Source of the DNA: Lepidodermella squamata
Taxonomy: Eukaryota; Animalia; Gastrotricha
Reading direction: 5' to 3'
Length of the DNA: 64,000 bases
Assembly: GCA_047495785.1 (NCBI GenBank)
Contig: JBLDXI010000034.1
Location: forward strand, 124,001 to 188,000
The stretch's first letter is position 1, and every line of letters starts with the position of its first letter. Below the pieces are notes generated by a model that searched no databases, was not told the origin of the DNA, and worked only from the letters and a program-made list of their open reading frames with translations. The translations under genes were made by a program, and so were the position numbers. Below, piece by piece: positions 37,256-51,455 of this stretch.

Positions 37256-40200
37256 TTATGTTCGCTCGCATATGTAACGAAACGCCTCGCCGCAAGGTGC
37301 TCTCACCAAAGAACCAGAATTCAGACACGCACCTAGATAACACAAATGTTAAACATCACGTCATTGAACACGTTTCTGGCTTACAATTATCGCCATCGTA
37401 ATTTCTTGCAGGATCATTATGGAAATCGAATAGTGAGCTATTGAACAGCACATCCGTTATCCAAGAATAGGTGATGGGTTGCACTAGTTTCGCCCCTATG
37501 TAATTTCCGAAAATGGCAGTCTCATTCAGAAGAGCTTGGACGGCGTCCATAGTTGCCTGATCCTTGATCATGACCAATGTTTTGTTTCGGCTCGCGCAAT
37601 CAGCTGCCACTTGATCTCTATTACCAGTGATTGTCGTGAGTTCGACGTCCGCCAATGCCTGAAAATTATTAGCAATTATCAACAAATCAAGAGATAAGAC
37701 TAAATTATTACATTGCCGCCACAAATACCGTGCACATTATTCCGGCATACATCGTCATAAAAGCCGTTACCGTAGCGTATGGCCACACCTGCACATCGTT
37801 AAATGAAAGAATGATCAACTATTATCCCAATTTCGACAAAAGCAAGCAATTTAACAAAAGGAAAGATGTTCTGTACAGAAACGCTTTTCTGAGGTGGATT
37901 GAAGACATTATCTAACTTCAACAACAGTACAACTTTCCAGACGAATTCGCAATCGTAAAATACGAATAAGATGCTGCATTGAATAATAAAACCTCACAAT
38001 CTCCGGGGCCGCCAAATGGAGCGTATTTATGCCAATATGGCGATTTTACGCCGACGAAAGCGCCATCCTCCCACTTGTAAGCAGCCGTCAACCCAACTAA
38101 GGCGAACCTATCTGAAAGGTTTGCAGCCGCATCGAAATCAGCTTGCGAAAAGATGGTCGCCAGGCGGCCGCCTTTCTCCTTGCAGTTATCCATAGCATCA
38201 CGATAGTTGTGTCTATCTGTCACTAGAAAATACTTTGATGGGGTTTGTTCTTTCATGCAAGCCGCGTAGTTTTCAGCAAATTTCGTCGAGTTTGAATAGA
38301 CCTTCACCTATATTTAGCAAGCAGTAAATCGTGATGAGGTAAACCTTTTTCTCTAGCCTTTACCTTGGTTGAATTGTCCGGGCAGATGTTGTAACACGTC
38401 TTGCCGCCTGGCGTTTCGCACTGAACAGCAAACTTTGACGCCGAACAGAAAATTCATAGTTTTGACGGAATTTGTAAACAATTCAATAAAATTTACCCAT
38501 GATAAGCAGTTTGCTTTGTTTTTGTAGACACCGGTAGAAAATTCGGCGGTTTCGTTGGCACCGCATTTCAATCGGCAACCGGTGAACTCGCGATTGACAG
38601 CGTTGAAGCAGCGGATATGCGGCTTTACAGCATCAGCAGCTTCGCCTAGGAAACAGAAAAGACCGTAATAATTTCTCAGTAAATCCCGAGGCCTTGCGAA
38701 TAAAACTCACTGCTGATGCTTTGCAGGCAAGCGTCCAAGCTCGGTGAATTCGTTAACGATTTCGTCTAAATTCATAAGACAAACCATCTCAAAAGGTATT
38801 TATCTGGCATTTTGAATGATTTTACTGAATTTGCTGGGCAAGAAAAATTGCTCGGAGTGCAAGTTACTGGCCGCTGAGTTGAATCAACACACGTGTCGAA
38901 TTTCTTATACTGTTCGTGAAGAAAACATTCCATTTTATTATACAAATTATGAAAAATTGATTCTTACAGGAAAGGCGTTGTAATCGTTAGCACAGGCCGC
39001 TAAATTTGACCTGAAAGGATAGACGCCATTGTAGGAACCACCAACCTAGAAAGCGAAGAATCAGAGGTATAGTGTTCATTGATTTTACATTTAGCCTTAA
39101 AAATATACTCGAAACTCAAAATCGCACTCGGGCTGCCGGGTTCGGCCCTCTGGAATCGAGCCGTCGGGCTTGGGTCGATAAATATATCAAGTCCCGGCCC
39201 GAGTGCGGCGCTGAACAATAGCGCTCGTTCCAATTGTTCGCCGCCGTGCTCGGGCTAACACTTATTTGGCCGGCCCGTGTGTAGTGAAGCGTGATTCTTT
39301 GATTTTGATAATTGATGAATTTGATTGATGAATTTGATAAATTTACAGAAAACGTCGCACACGGCACGTTTTACAGCGGCCCGTGCGTGGAGTGGTTACC
39401 CGGTCGCATACGGGCCGGCCCGAACGCGTACGGGCAGAATTCGGACTCGGGCCCCAGCATGGACAATTATAATTGAGTTACAACTATACCAAAAACCACA
39501 CCTATATATGCTCGACTTTTCTCACTTGGCTGTATGTGGAAATAATTCGAAATAATTGTTGGCTATTGTCTTGCTAGCTGAATAATGAATTTCAAACATT
39601 TTGAATCATTTCAACTCAAATCAACTTCCAAGATTAAAGTATTTTTATTATGCATATGCGGAATTTCCAATTGGGCTATCTCATCTGTCAACTGAATTTT
39701 TAACCAAATTTTGGCCGCGCGCGCTGATATCAAAGGGGCCTATAATTATACCAAAATATAATGTACAATTAAAACAATTCTCTATCGAATAAATATGGGG
39801 TTCTAAAATAATTACGCGCACTCAAAATCCCACGCGTTAGGAGCGCGCACATAATATGCCCGCATGGAAAGTGAGAGTTTGCGTAATTTTTTTTTTCGCT
39901 CGAGAACCCCCAGAATTGTCTGAATTATGTTTTGATATAAAAACCTACGCGAAATTGGAAAGTATCCCTTTCTTGCATGCGGTATTAAAAGTATTTGCCA
40001 ATGAACATTTTAAAATTCAGGAAATTGCATTTTGATCAAATGCCAATGATAATAGGTTTCACTGAATCTTGCCTATAAAGTCGTTTGGTGTCGTTTGCAC
40101 GACCCGGCCAAGTTTTAACCGAAATTTTCACTAGGAGTGGTCTTTTTTGTAAACGATGATACCCATAATTTGAACTTTCTGAGCCCGCTAATCGGCTCAA

Positions 40201-40629
40201 ATCGGCTATATAGATATGACTAACCATTATTTCGTTTGTTTTGCCACAACCAGGGCTGCCAGGTCGGCATGTAGCTGCGTAGCTGGTGAATCTGTAACAC
40301 AGTCTGGCAGTCTGTGGATTACAAAACAAAAAACAAGACATTCGGAAAGTGGTATAATGGAAGAAGAAACATACCGCTTTCAAACACGTGGCTTTATCCG
40401 GCTGGTTGTCTCCAAGCTGCCGAAAAATTAAAGATTTATTGAAAAGTATGCTTAGCATCTGCTATCAACTCACTTGATATTCGCGTAGTTGCCAGCAGCC
40501 GTTCGGTATTTCACGGCATTCGGTAAAGGCATCATCGAATTGCGAGAAGCAACGAGCCCACTCGCCGCTTTGCGCCACACTGATAGTGGAGATAAACACG
40601 GCCAAAATCGGGATGAGCAAAAGTTGCAT
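37256..40629 (-). CDS. Secreted 5x Cys-repeat + double CTLD protein, paralog 6
   Basis: ATG 40629 MQLLLIPILAVFISTISVAQS-GEWARCFSQFDD; same exon series; CTLD1 about 37998-38307, CTLD2 about 37385-37658; ends YICERT-TAA. Confidence 0.85.
39123..39460. repeat. GC-rich CGGGC/GCCCG motif-rich insertion (probable MITE)
   Basis: Many cgggc/gcccg motifs in both orientations inside an otherwise AT-rich intron. Confidence 0.45.
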
Positions 40630-41578
40630 GACCTATTATTATTATTGATCAAAGCATAAAATACGTGGATAAATTTCAGGATAAAATTATGTGAAATGTT
40701 TTTTAAATAACTGGATAGCCTGGATCTCATCAAGCCACGTGAGGTTTTCTTTTCTGTGTATAAGGACAACAAATAACTCATTTATTGGCAATAACAGCAT
40801 CAAATCGCGTGTGTCATTTTAAAGGCAGAAAATGAGGCGGCCAGCAATAAAAGCAATAACATGTTTTTTTCACTCTTTGTCCCAAAATGATTGATTCTCA
40901 AACTTGATTTTGATTGAGTTTGATTTTTGACAGAGCAACTTTGGTCACTTTATGCTCTGAGCTTCCGTATCCTTCAAATTGGCATTAGCACATCAACAAC
41001 TGAGGCATTTCAAGATTTACCGGAATCGAGGCATTTGCGATGCTCCGATCGAGAAATACCATGGATTGGCTGGGTTAGGTGTTACTAATTCAAGCGTTTC
41101 TCATGAGCAACAAACTAGCGATCGTTTTCCTTCTGTTTTGTTGCGCGCATAAACCTCAAAGGTCGGAGGATTAGGAATCTCAGGAACCTTTTGTAGAATC
41201 TCCATTTATTGCATCAACTCAGACATTTCACGGCCGGCTATAACTGTAAACATGTGCTTTGGTCGGCTGTTCAGAATTCAAGCCATCTTGATGAGTCACT
41301 GATGCAATAAACCAGCAAGAGTTTGTGGCTTTTCTGCTTTCTCGCGCAAAGAATTCGAAGAATTCCTGGAAATTTGTTTACAACTTCGACTTAACTCATC
41401 ATTTTTCACATTTTTATAGCTGAATGGCTCAATTGTTTTTTCACCGCCACAGGAATACTGATTTTATTTTGATTACTTTTTCTCTTCTTATCATACAATT
41501 TTCTCACATTCGTTACACTCAGTGAAAATTTAACCACGTTCTTGATCGACGATAAATCCGAAATGAGTTAGCAGAAAA

Positions 41579-44500
41579 TCATAAACCTGAAAATCATAAA
41601 GAACCTCCTATTTTAATTCGATGATGCATTTTTGACCAATTCTTACCAGAATAGGCAGCACAGTTGATTTCAAGGATTCCAAGGTGCTCCTCCGGTAACA
41701 TGCGATTAACGACACTCAGACATGCGATGGAGCCGTGCATATCAGCAGCGGCGACACTGATTTCAAAAGAAATGTCGATTCATACTCATATTCCGGCCTT
41801 TAACTCAGTAATCCTACCTTCCAAGCCGGAACGATGCAGCAGACGTAGCCGACGAGAGTTGGCCACTTGGTACGTTCACCGACTTGTAATTGCCATCGCA
41901 ACCGACTTGCAAAGCCTGGCTATTCGAATCGAGCGACAACGTGTAAAAATGCACGGGAGTCGGTGAACCGACTTGCTGATAACACGTCGTAGTTAATGAA
42001 AAGCCTGATGCCGTTGCGAAGCTAAATGTGGTCGCATTGCTAAGCTGGAGGCTTATTTCGCCGGTTGTTTGCGCTGGGTTCGAGTATTCAAGAAACGGAG
42101 CCGGTAAGCTTTCAGGCTTCGCGAAGAAGCTCAGCGTGAAAGATTGGGCGCCGAAATTCAACTTAGCAGCCGTCATTCTGACCTGGTTTCCGCCATTCAA
42201 ATAAACGCCTTTATTGCTGACCCCAAACACGCTTGTCCCAGGTAGAAAAGCCGATTGACTGGTAACCGCAGTTCGAGGAGCAATCAAATCTTCGAAGTCG
42301 GCAGCTAGAGGGAAATAAGCGACGTGCCCGTTGACTATCTTATCAATATCGCCTGGAATAATTGGCTGCCCGGCGTGAAGTTGGTAGCACTTTCTGCGAA
42401 GCGTTCGAACATTTTGGAGAGACAGAGCTGTTCTGTGAATTGAAAAGCAAGACACAGTGATAGAGGTGAAAGGCGTGCTGCCCAGTCTTCCCAGCTTCAT
42501 AGATGAGATGGTTGTTGTCGGCGCGATGGTGTTGGAACCGTCAAGTGGAAGGCTGCTCATATCATCGCAAAACACCATTTGTGTTGTAGTAGATAGTTTG
42601 TAGGTCACGCCAATGTGGTGCCACTTGTTGGTGCTTGACGAGCATTTTACGCTCACTTCGGTACCTGAAAGGTGGAATCATTAGGGTCATTTAACAGTTT
42701 AGAGACGAGGCAACACCAACAATCAGTGAAGAGGGATGCCCCCTTTGGAGTTCGGAAAGCTTCGAATTCTCCGATAAAAGGTAAGGGTCCCCCTTTCATT
42801 CTGGGTCCAAACTAGCTCGATTTACCCCTTGAGAGCTGGACTGAGTCGGACTACTACCATCAATTCATTCTCCGTTAAAAAATTTAGATTAATTGCAAAT
42901 TTCTTCGATTTATCGATTCTTTGCATAGCTTGGCAAATTTCAAGACCAATTTTTTTACAACAAAATTGAGAATCCAAGTCTATAAAGTAAAAATTGAAGA
43001 TTCGAAAGGTGCGATTTGACTCACCATCATGTCTGGTAACGATGACGATCTTGGCGGTAGGGTTGAATGCAACTGTGAGAATCGTGGATCCATTTGCGGC
43101 CACCATCTCAATCATAGGCGTGTAAGTGGAATCGCCATACTCAGCCTTGGCGTAGACAGCGAGGGTGTAATCGGTTGATAAGGATGAGAAAGCCGTGGCT
43201 GGAATCGTTACATAGCCAAGGCCCGTTAGTAAGGTTGCCGTTTTCTCGAAACCAAATGGTCCTGTGACGTAGCCGTAGGGTCCAGTCATTTGAGCGGTAA
43301 CAGACATGGGCCCGATGTCCGACAGGTCAGCGTTCAGCGGCCAGTACGCAGTTTCGCGAGGAAGGCCATTAACGGCATCTGTTCATTTTATAGTCATAAA
43401 AAATGAATTATCTCACTTATTGCGATTGAATGCTAATAGGTTAATGGAAAGTTTTCCAAATTTCCAATTTTTTTTTAATTTCAACTTGGGCTATCAGAAT
43501 TTCCAAGCTAAAAAGTTGTGGAGAAACACCAAGGAATAAAATGAGTTGAAACATACTTGTTTCGCATTGCAAAGAAGTTTTGAAAAGCTTTATTGGCTGA
43601 AAACGAGAAAGAGACGACTCTAATTCGAGAATCAATGTGTCTCACTTACCTGCCAAGGCGAAGCACATGGATCGTCTTTAGCGACGCATTTGTAATTCCA
43701 ATCAGAGCTGGAATAGCACAGATTCCGCTGCAAAATACCATTTTTACGCAATTAGTTAATTGGTAAACAAAATAGCAGCAAACCGGCTGAATCGCCACTA
43801 GACATTCTGCGTAATTGTCAGCGAACAAAGCTGCTGAGGTGTAATTACCGGACTATTCAATGACAATCATCATTATGGCAGAAAATAGACGATTTCCCTT
43901 GCAAATCTACCGGTGTAGTTCCAGTGGGGCAAGAGCCGTAGCAAGTCGTAGAATAAGTACCACTCGGCATACAATCAACTGCAGCCTATTGAGAATTGAA
44001 AGAACGTGATTGTGATAAAACTTGAACCTAACCCCAGATAGGCAGGAGGCTGCAGACGTGAATTCTCCGCCATCGCCCAACTTCATATGGGAAAAAATGA
44101 TTAAGGAAACTGTTTTTTTGAGTGCGATGTAAACTGAACAAACACTGATCGAAGAATTAATGCAGGATGTGTAGCAACCCACGAACTGGTTGGCTCCTGA
44201 AACGCATCGCAGGAAAGGAACTGTTTCGCGATTATGTTAACGCAATTTGCTTTTCCTATCGATTTTCTAGCTTACCTTTACAAAGCGCGAAGGAATCAAA
44301 TACGACATTGCCAGGCTTTGGGGTCTAGTAAAATTCAATTATTAAATACGACAATTTTATTCTTAAAATTCACCGTATTCAGCGGGCAAGCTTTTGAATC
44401 TGGAACGCAAATGGCTGACGAGTTTGCTGAGCTGACGCATTTTTTGTGCTTCCCCTGTTTTGAAAAGGTTGAACAAATGCTTGGGTCTTGCTATAGCTTA

Positions 44501-46982
44501 TGCGTTATACCTGAGTGAGATTGAGGCAAAGCTGAAGATTGCTGCTCAGCAAGCTCGAGGCAGATCCAACAATTCCGAGCTACATATTGAAATAGATGGC
44601 AAAAAAGTGAGAAGATAATTAGGGCTTATTTCAGTTTTTTGTTTAAATTGCCGAAATAGGCCAATATTAAATTTTACGTACTAAGTGAAACCCAAGTATT
44701 TGTTGATAAGGCTTACGTCAAATTTTCCGCTGCCGGATGGGCAATTTTCCAAGCAGGTGCCACCGTTTACGTCGTAGCAGAGTTGAACAGACTGCAAACG
44801 CATTTTAAGGGTTATAAGACTCATAAAATCCAAGTTACGAAAACGCACCCCGACTTCGCAGACGGCCTTAGTTGTGTAAACTGTCGGACTCAACGTCTAT
44901 TTCCATAGAATAAGGCAACAAATTAAACGCATTCAATTTGTTAATGTGCGACTCACATCACTCCCAGTGCAATTCAACGGAGCTTTCACACAGCCAGAAA
45001 AGGACGGCTTGGTCCAATCGAAGCATCGCCGATGAGGGTACATAGCAGGTAGAGCTAGAAGCAATCGAACTGAAAAGATTTTTCCCTATAGAATAAGTGC
45101 GAACTTGTCTTGCATTCCGGCAGAGAATTAAACGTTGCCCCAGCTACACTGCCACTCGGGCAAGAAGCGCCATCCGAAGCCAGTTTACATTTGACGAAGG
45201 CGTAAGTCGTAGCGTCGACACAAAGCGTGTGAGGTTGCTAAGTAATTAGGAAATGACAATGGCTTTTCAACATTTCGATTTCTTAGCATTACAAACCAGA
45301 GCGATCCGACATTCAGCGTAGTTGCTAGCAAAATCGGAAGCGTTGTTGAATATCGAAACCTGTAGAAAATCGTAACATCTTTAATCTGTCTCGAAACATG
45401 ACAAACTGAATGCTGAACTGGTAGAATCTTCAGTTGGATATTTATTTTTCAGAAATTTGAAATTTGTCTTCATAACTAAGTAATTTTGGCCCGAAATTCG
45501 ATTTTCATTGAGAAAAAAAAAACTTTTTTTCAACTCACAAGCGTAAAACTCGATGAGGGACAACTGTTTCGGCAAACAAGACCCCCAGATGAGGAACACA
45601 GCGCTGCCGGCTAAAGAGAAATTAGAGAAAGAGAAAGCATCGGAGGGCATTTCATAGTTTTTCAAAGCTTACTCCCTCAACGCAATGGGCTCTGTCGATG
45701 TAGGAACCTGTGCTAAAGGCCTGAAAAATGACAAGCTTAGACATAAATAAATCCACGACGTAGTTGTATCACATTGGTCAAAAAAGTGGAATTGCAAGAT
45801 GTTGATTGGCAGCCCTTGAATGAGAGATCGCTCAGCAAAAAACAGCGGTAATGAGTCTTGAAGTTATCGGCATTTCGAACAACTAGAAAGCAAGCATATA
45901 AACACAAAATAACTTAACAAAAACAAGTTGCTCACTGTATAGCTCCGAAAAGCATAGCTCCAAGGTGGCCACAGTCCGAACATATGCCTGTGTTAGGAAA
46001 ATAATATGAGCGCAAGTTAAAATTCAAAAATCAAGCTTGAAATGTTTGATTGAAATCTGAGCTAAAACCCCGAAAAACCACAGGACCCTTTGGTCATAAA
46101 ATTAGGGCCCGAAAATACCCCCTAGTTCGAGGATCCTACTTCGCGCACTGCACCGAACCTTAGGAATTTCGAATTCGATCGATCGGAAAAATCACTAAAA
46201 TCGATATCCCGATTGATCACCGTTGTGGCTGTGAGAACTCGAAGCCGCCCATTAGCCTCCGAGATACCACGGGTTAACTTAAGTGGTATTCGATAAGGCT
46301 ACGCTACAAAAGAAGAAGAAATGAAGCTGGACTCACATGATAAGCCGGACAGGTACCATTGAAAGCTATACAGACTCGTTGACCGCCTTTGTCGCACAGA
46401 TAGGCCGGGCGGGTCTGCGTTTTTCAAGACGTAAAATTTGTTTGCAGCTATCGCAAAAAAACAAACCAGGAATTTTTTGATATCGCTCCGGCATTCGTCG
46501 TATTTAGTCGAGAAGACATCGCCGATAAATTCGAAGGTCTATAAATCAAATCGATCACCGGAATCAAAAAAGAATATGAATCATTTTAAACTCACAAGAA
46601 CTTCGTCCGAAGAGCAACCAGCGTTTCTAGGGATGCATCGCATGCTGAGCTGCCTGTAGTTGTAACAGCTTCTAGCCGACTGCGTAGAGCATAGGACAAA
46701 TTCGCAATAAATTCTGGGAAAATGCGTAAATTACCCCTGCTGTACATGACCCATAACTATTCAAAAGAGTTCCAAGCTGAATATAATTCAACATGAGCGT
46801 TAATATCGAAAAAGATGACAAAATTATTGATTAATTACCCAAACTTCATCGAGGTATGAGCAGTCGCTTTTACAGCCAGTAAATGAATCGTTAAGGCGAG
46901 AGAAGCAGCGTTTGAATGATCCTTGGGCGTCGCAAATCGTGAAAATCGGCAACGCAAGTAGAGGGAGAAGCCACTTCGTCAT
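41579..46982 (-). CDS. Secreted Cys-repeat protein with two C-terminal LamG/pentraxin-like domains
   Basis: ATG 46982 MTKWLLPLLALPIFTICDA-QGSFKRCFSRLNDSFTGC (homologous to the CTLD genes' N-terminus); many small Cys-repeat exons 43650-46840; LamG1 starts AYWPLN (about 43340) with KWHHIGVTY; LamG2 AYFPL..SFTLSFFAKP; stop about 41579. Confidence 0.8.
46080..46150. mobile_element. Partial copy of the hAT-like MITE
   Basis: ggtcataaaattagggcccgaaaatacccccta...tacttcgcgcactg, reverse complement of the 2439-2510 part of the first copy. Confidence 0.65.
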
Positions 46983-47524
46983 TTTTATAGCTATACGAAA
47001 TACGAAATACGAATCAATGATTTTTCAGAACAAAAATTGAATGAATGGCCAGTCTTTTCAGGTTAGTCCGGTTTCTATTTTACTATATATGGAGAGAAGC
47101 GTTGCTTTTTTTTATAAATATGGCATGATTGCTGTCTTATGACCTTGATTTTCGTTGGGAGAACGCGTAGCATAGCATGGCATTTTCTTTTTATTTAGAG
47201 GACGCGTGTGACCTTGATTTTTAAAGCCGCGATGAAAATAGAACACCCAGTAAAATAGGACAGTTTTTGAACTCATTCTCCGGAACCCAGGGTGCCTCAT
47301 TTTCAGGAAAATTGAAGACGAACCTATTTCCGTGAGGTTTAATTGAACTTTTCCTGAAAAGTACCTTATCCGACCAGGAATTTCGCCAGAAAAAAGCGCC
47401 TGGTTTTGACCCCAGATCGGATCGGATCGGGTCCGGGTTTAAGATTCCGAAGTCAGTTCCATTTATTTTACTGTTTTATTTTAAGAGTCAAGTTTAACTT
47501 TAGGGCCGAACCAGTAAGTATTAT

Positions 47525-50018
47525 TCAGATATCAGAGTGAACAGTTTGATTCTGATGTTCATCGAATTCATTTTCAGTTGAGGCTTTCGACTTCTTAGCC
47601 ATTGGAATAAAAACAGCCGAACCAACAAAGGATGAGTAGACTAAACATATCATCGAGATGAACACTGTAACAGCATTACCATGGTGACTGCTGTCTTGAA
47701 GAATGAACACGATAGCAACGCCGCCGATGTAGAGCGACACAGCGAATAAGTTTGCAAGAAACATCGGCTTTATCTGATCCACGTTATGAATTCGATTCGA
47801 TTTAACCAAGTGAGCGGTTGAAAATGTGGCGAGTAGACCGGTAAGTAAAATGGTCATATCCACGGCAATCAAAATCGTGACGAATATAGACGAATTAGTT
47901 GAAGCACAGTTGATGTTTCTAGCTCCGAAATAAGCATCAATCTTGAAGTCATATACCAATGCTACGCGATCAACGTCTTGCGTTATTTCAGACACGGTTT
48001 GAGTGAGAAACCAAGTAAGGATTACGATGAAATTTAAAGCCATCGAGATAACAACTACGAGACATACAAACTTGTTGCTTATGTCAGCTTTCATTTTGGC
48101 TTTCGCTTCGCGATATCTTCGTTCGTGATTGCTGCTTGTCACTCCATAGACATCCCTTAGGATATGGATTGAAGACTGAATGTTGATTAATGAGTGTCTC
48201 CTGATAGTTAACAAAGATCGCCTCGTGCTGAGAATGAAACCAGCAAGGGTTCCATGGGCTAGGGCAAGGCCAGTCGTGAGGAAGAAGACTCGGCCGTAAC
48301 AAATCGATGAGCTGCCTTGAGACACAAAGAAAGCTGCTGCTATGTCGATCAGAACCAAGGACACGCACATGAGAATACAGCTTAGCTTCTTGTTATAACA
48401 GTTGACTCTTATTGCCAAAGTGACCTTAGTTAAAAAATAACAAACTAAAGTGGGAAAGGGTTAAAGTATGTCTCATACTTTCGTGAGGGCAAGAACAAAA
48501 GCTAGAACTGAGATCGTAGCCGTTGCTGAGATTGAAATGCGATCTAGCTGAATGATTACATCAGCCGAGTCGCTAGGCAACGGATAGGGTAGGGGAAGAT
48601 GCGAAACGGCTGAATATGATGAAATGTTTGTGATGTTATCGCTGTTGCATGTCACATGATGCGTTACAAGTAATTTTGAGGCGTTAGCGGACCAATGCGC
48701 CACCGATTGGGGTTCAAAGTCGTACTCTACCCTTGCCGAGTACTTGAACTTTCCATAGCGTAGATTGCCGAAATCTAATCGCCTTGCACTATCGTTGGCT
48801 ACCATCATCACTTCATAAGGCTTGGTTTTATAATCTCGCAGGGACATGTTTCTACTCCTTAGAATCGTCTCAGTCTCATTTAGGATCATAATAGCCGTCA
48901 GGATACGGTCGTAGCAAAGATGGCGAAAGTCCGAGTCCGGGGTTACTAAACCACCAGTGTAATTGCTGAAAAGAGCCTCAAATTCGGGCAAAGTGTGGCC
49001 AAGGGCCGTTCGCCCAGTCATGGGTCTCAGAGCATCTAAAGGTGAGCCGATGAAGTAGGTCATCTTGAACTGTTCGAGAATCATTGAGCGGTTGCATTCA
49101 GCAGAAATGTTGAAAGGTAAGGTTGTGACGTCGATGAAGCTCAAAAACTGGAAAATGAATAGGTATCTCGGCCCGGTCATCCTGAACTTGTAGGCTTGGC
49201 AGAGAAATTTCAACCCAGCTGCTGCTTCAGCAGTTTCCATTGCAAACACCCGAATGTCTCTTGCTTTCAATGGCGCCATGAACTCATCGCTGAAATCTAA
49301 ACTACCTTCGAACGCCTGAACCTCAAACCCATTTGCCAGGGCAATTTTATAGAAAAGATTTGCAGTCTCATAGTTGTAAGAATTGCCATTGTTGAAAATG
49401 ATGCCGAGCTTCCTGATTCTAGTCTGAGTTTTCAGGAAATACAGCCTGGCAAATATCGGGAGCTCCGCTGGCGATCGGATTCGATACATGTTGGGGTACA
49501 GGCCACGGCGAGCTGTTTGGACTGGAGAAGTGCAGGACCCAGCAATCATGAGCATGTTCATGTAGCCAGCTGTTCCGCCCCAGGCCTTGCAAGCCGGTGA
49601 CAGGAAAGGTCCCATTGTTACCGGAGACGTATAGACATCAGTCATTGCTTCTGTTCGACGAGCGAAATCGATTGCTTGTCGGACGGCTTGGGCTCCACCG
49701 GGTCCTTCAAGATAAGCTGAAACTATGCTGAAGAATGAAGGAGAAATGCCTACCTTCGTTGACGAAATCTAGTTCGATTTGGTAGTCTGGCAATATGTCG
49801 CTTCTCCTGTTCACAATATCAGCCACCATTTGCTGAGCAGCCTGGCACATTTTGTTGTCTCGCGGCTCGTAGCCTGTCATCATGAGTATAGACAGCATCG
49901 ACAGGCGATGCCGCTTTACTTGATAATTGTCTCTTTCAAAAAGGTCCATTTGAGATTCAACCCGCGTAATGAATGCCATTATGAAGACCATTGCAGCTTT
50001 GAAATGCATATCCCACAT
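47525..50018 (-). CDS. Class C GPCR, GABA-B-receptor-like (Venus flytrap + 7TM), divergent
   Basis: Exons 49754-50018, 48479-49704, 47525-48424 join in frame; VNRRSDILPDYQIEL, YPNMYRI, LCQAYKFRMTGPRYLFIF motifs of the ANF-receptor domain; no Cys-rich domain; seven hydrophobic segments. Confidence 0.85.
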
Positions 50019-51074
50019 TTCTCGCTGTCTCAGAATCGACAAGAGATGTTTGGCAAGTTTTGTTAAAATGTTGAAATATTCAATTATGTTTAACTTTTCT
50101 CAACAAATGCCGTGCAATAGGAAGTCGTGCTCGTGTGTATTATTCTGCACGCCGCCCTAAATTGTCCGCAACTATGTGCAAATCAACATTATGGGAATAT
50201 TCAAATTTCAGGCTTTTGTGTCAGGCGTGGGAATGCTTCATGGGAAGCGGAAAATAGTGCTTTTCAGACTCTGGAAATGATAGGTGTTTAATTTCACTCT
50301 AATATACAGTTCTCCGCCCGCGATTCTATCTTGTCAATCAGCCTACAACGATTCGAAATATGCACTCCGTTTCAGCCCTGCAAGCAGAGGTGGCTTTCTT
50401 TGGAACAGTATTCACTTCCGCCGGACCCTTTTTGTCTAAAACCATCGGTATACGGCGTGACATTTTTCATCAGACATAATATGTCTTCTTTTTTCTTTCA
50501 CCTTTTATCAGACAACGAATATCTTATTTCATCAGAAATATCGTTAGCGTCGTTGAATACCTAACTCGGATTTTGGCTTGCTTACGAATGCTTCTTTTTT
50601 ATTTTACCGCAGACATAAATGACCTTTGTGTGACCTACTTTTTTACCGCCAGCAGTGCAATACTTGTTACTGGAAACCAAGTTTCACTGAAATTTAGCAA
50701 ATCAGGTAACTGCTCGAATAACATCAGATTCGATTGATGTTGCGATAGAGGCCTCGACGCGTTGTTTGGACTGGTGAAGTGCACGACCTAGCAATCATGA
50801 GCTTGTTCATCAGCAATCATGAGCATGCGAAGCTTTCCAGAAAGAAAAAGACAAGCTCATCCAACGCGTGGAAAAGGCTTGCTAGGAGTTGCATTTTTGT
50901 ATTTTGAATGAATATATAGATTTTGGAGTTCGTGTTTTTCCTAATTCGGAAAATAATTTTGTAATGCTTTTTTGGGTCCTCTTTTTAGCGGAACCAAATT
51001 TACCGTGTATCGGAAAAAAACATTCTAGCAGAGGCATTCATGAACTTGCGAAACGAAGCAGTTAAAAATAACCT

Positions 51075-51455
51075 GTCAGATACTCCTGATGTTGTTGCTG
51101 GTGAGAAGACCCGATGCATTCACTGGGTGGTGAGCCAGGATGAAAATAAAATCCACGATACGAAAAACGAAGTAGCCCTTGGATCTGCTGGTCAGGTATT
51201 TTAGCTAAGCATTTGCTTTACTCGCCATTTTTATACTCTTCATTGCAGCCCTGGTTTGGGCGTAAAGTGGTTGCCAGCAACTACGGACCGGAATCGTGTG
51301 GCTCGCCAGTATTCAACGAGAAAGATGAGCTCATTGGGGTCCATCTCACTGTCGACAGCAATACGAATGTAGCTTGGGCTGTGAAATTCTCGCTGGTTGG
51401 TCGATTTTTGGACGCAATACGTCTGTCAATCGCCGAATTGTTAGAAACCCGTTAG
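51075..51455 (+). pseudogene. Trypsin-fold protease C-terminal fragment (gene or pseudogene)
   Basis: GPESCGSPVFNEKDELIGVH motif; apparent intron 51196-51248; no intact N-terminal half found. Confidence 0.45.
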
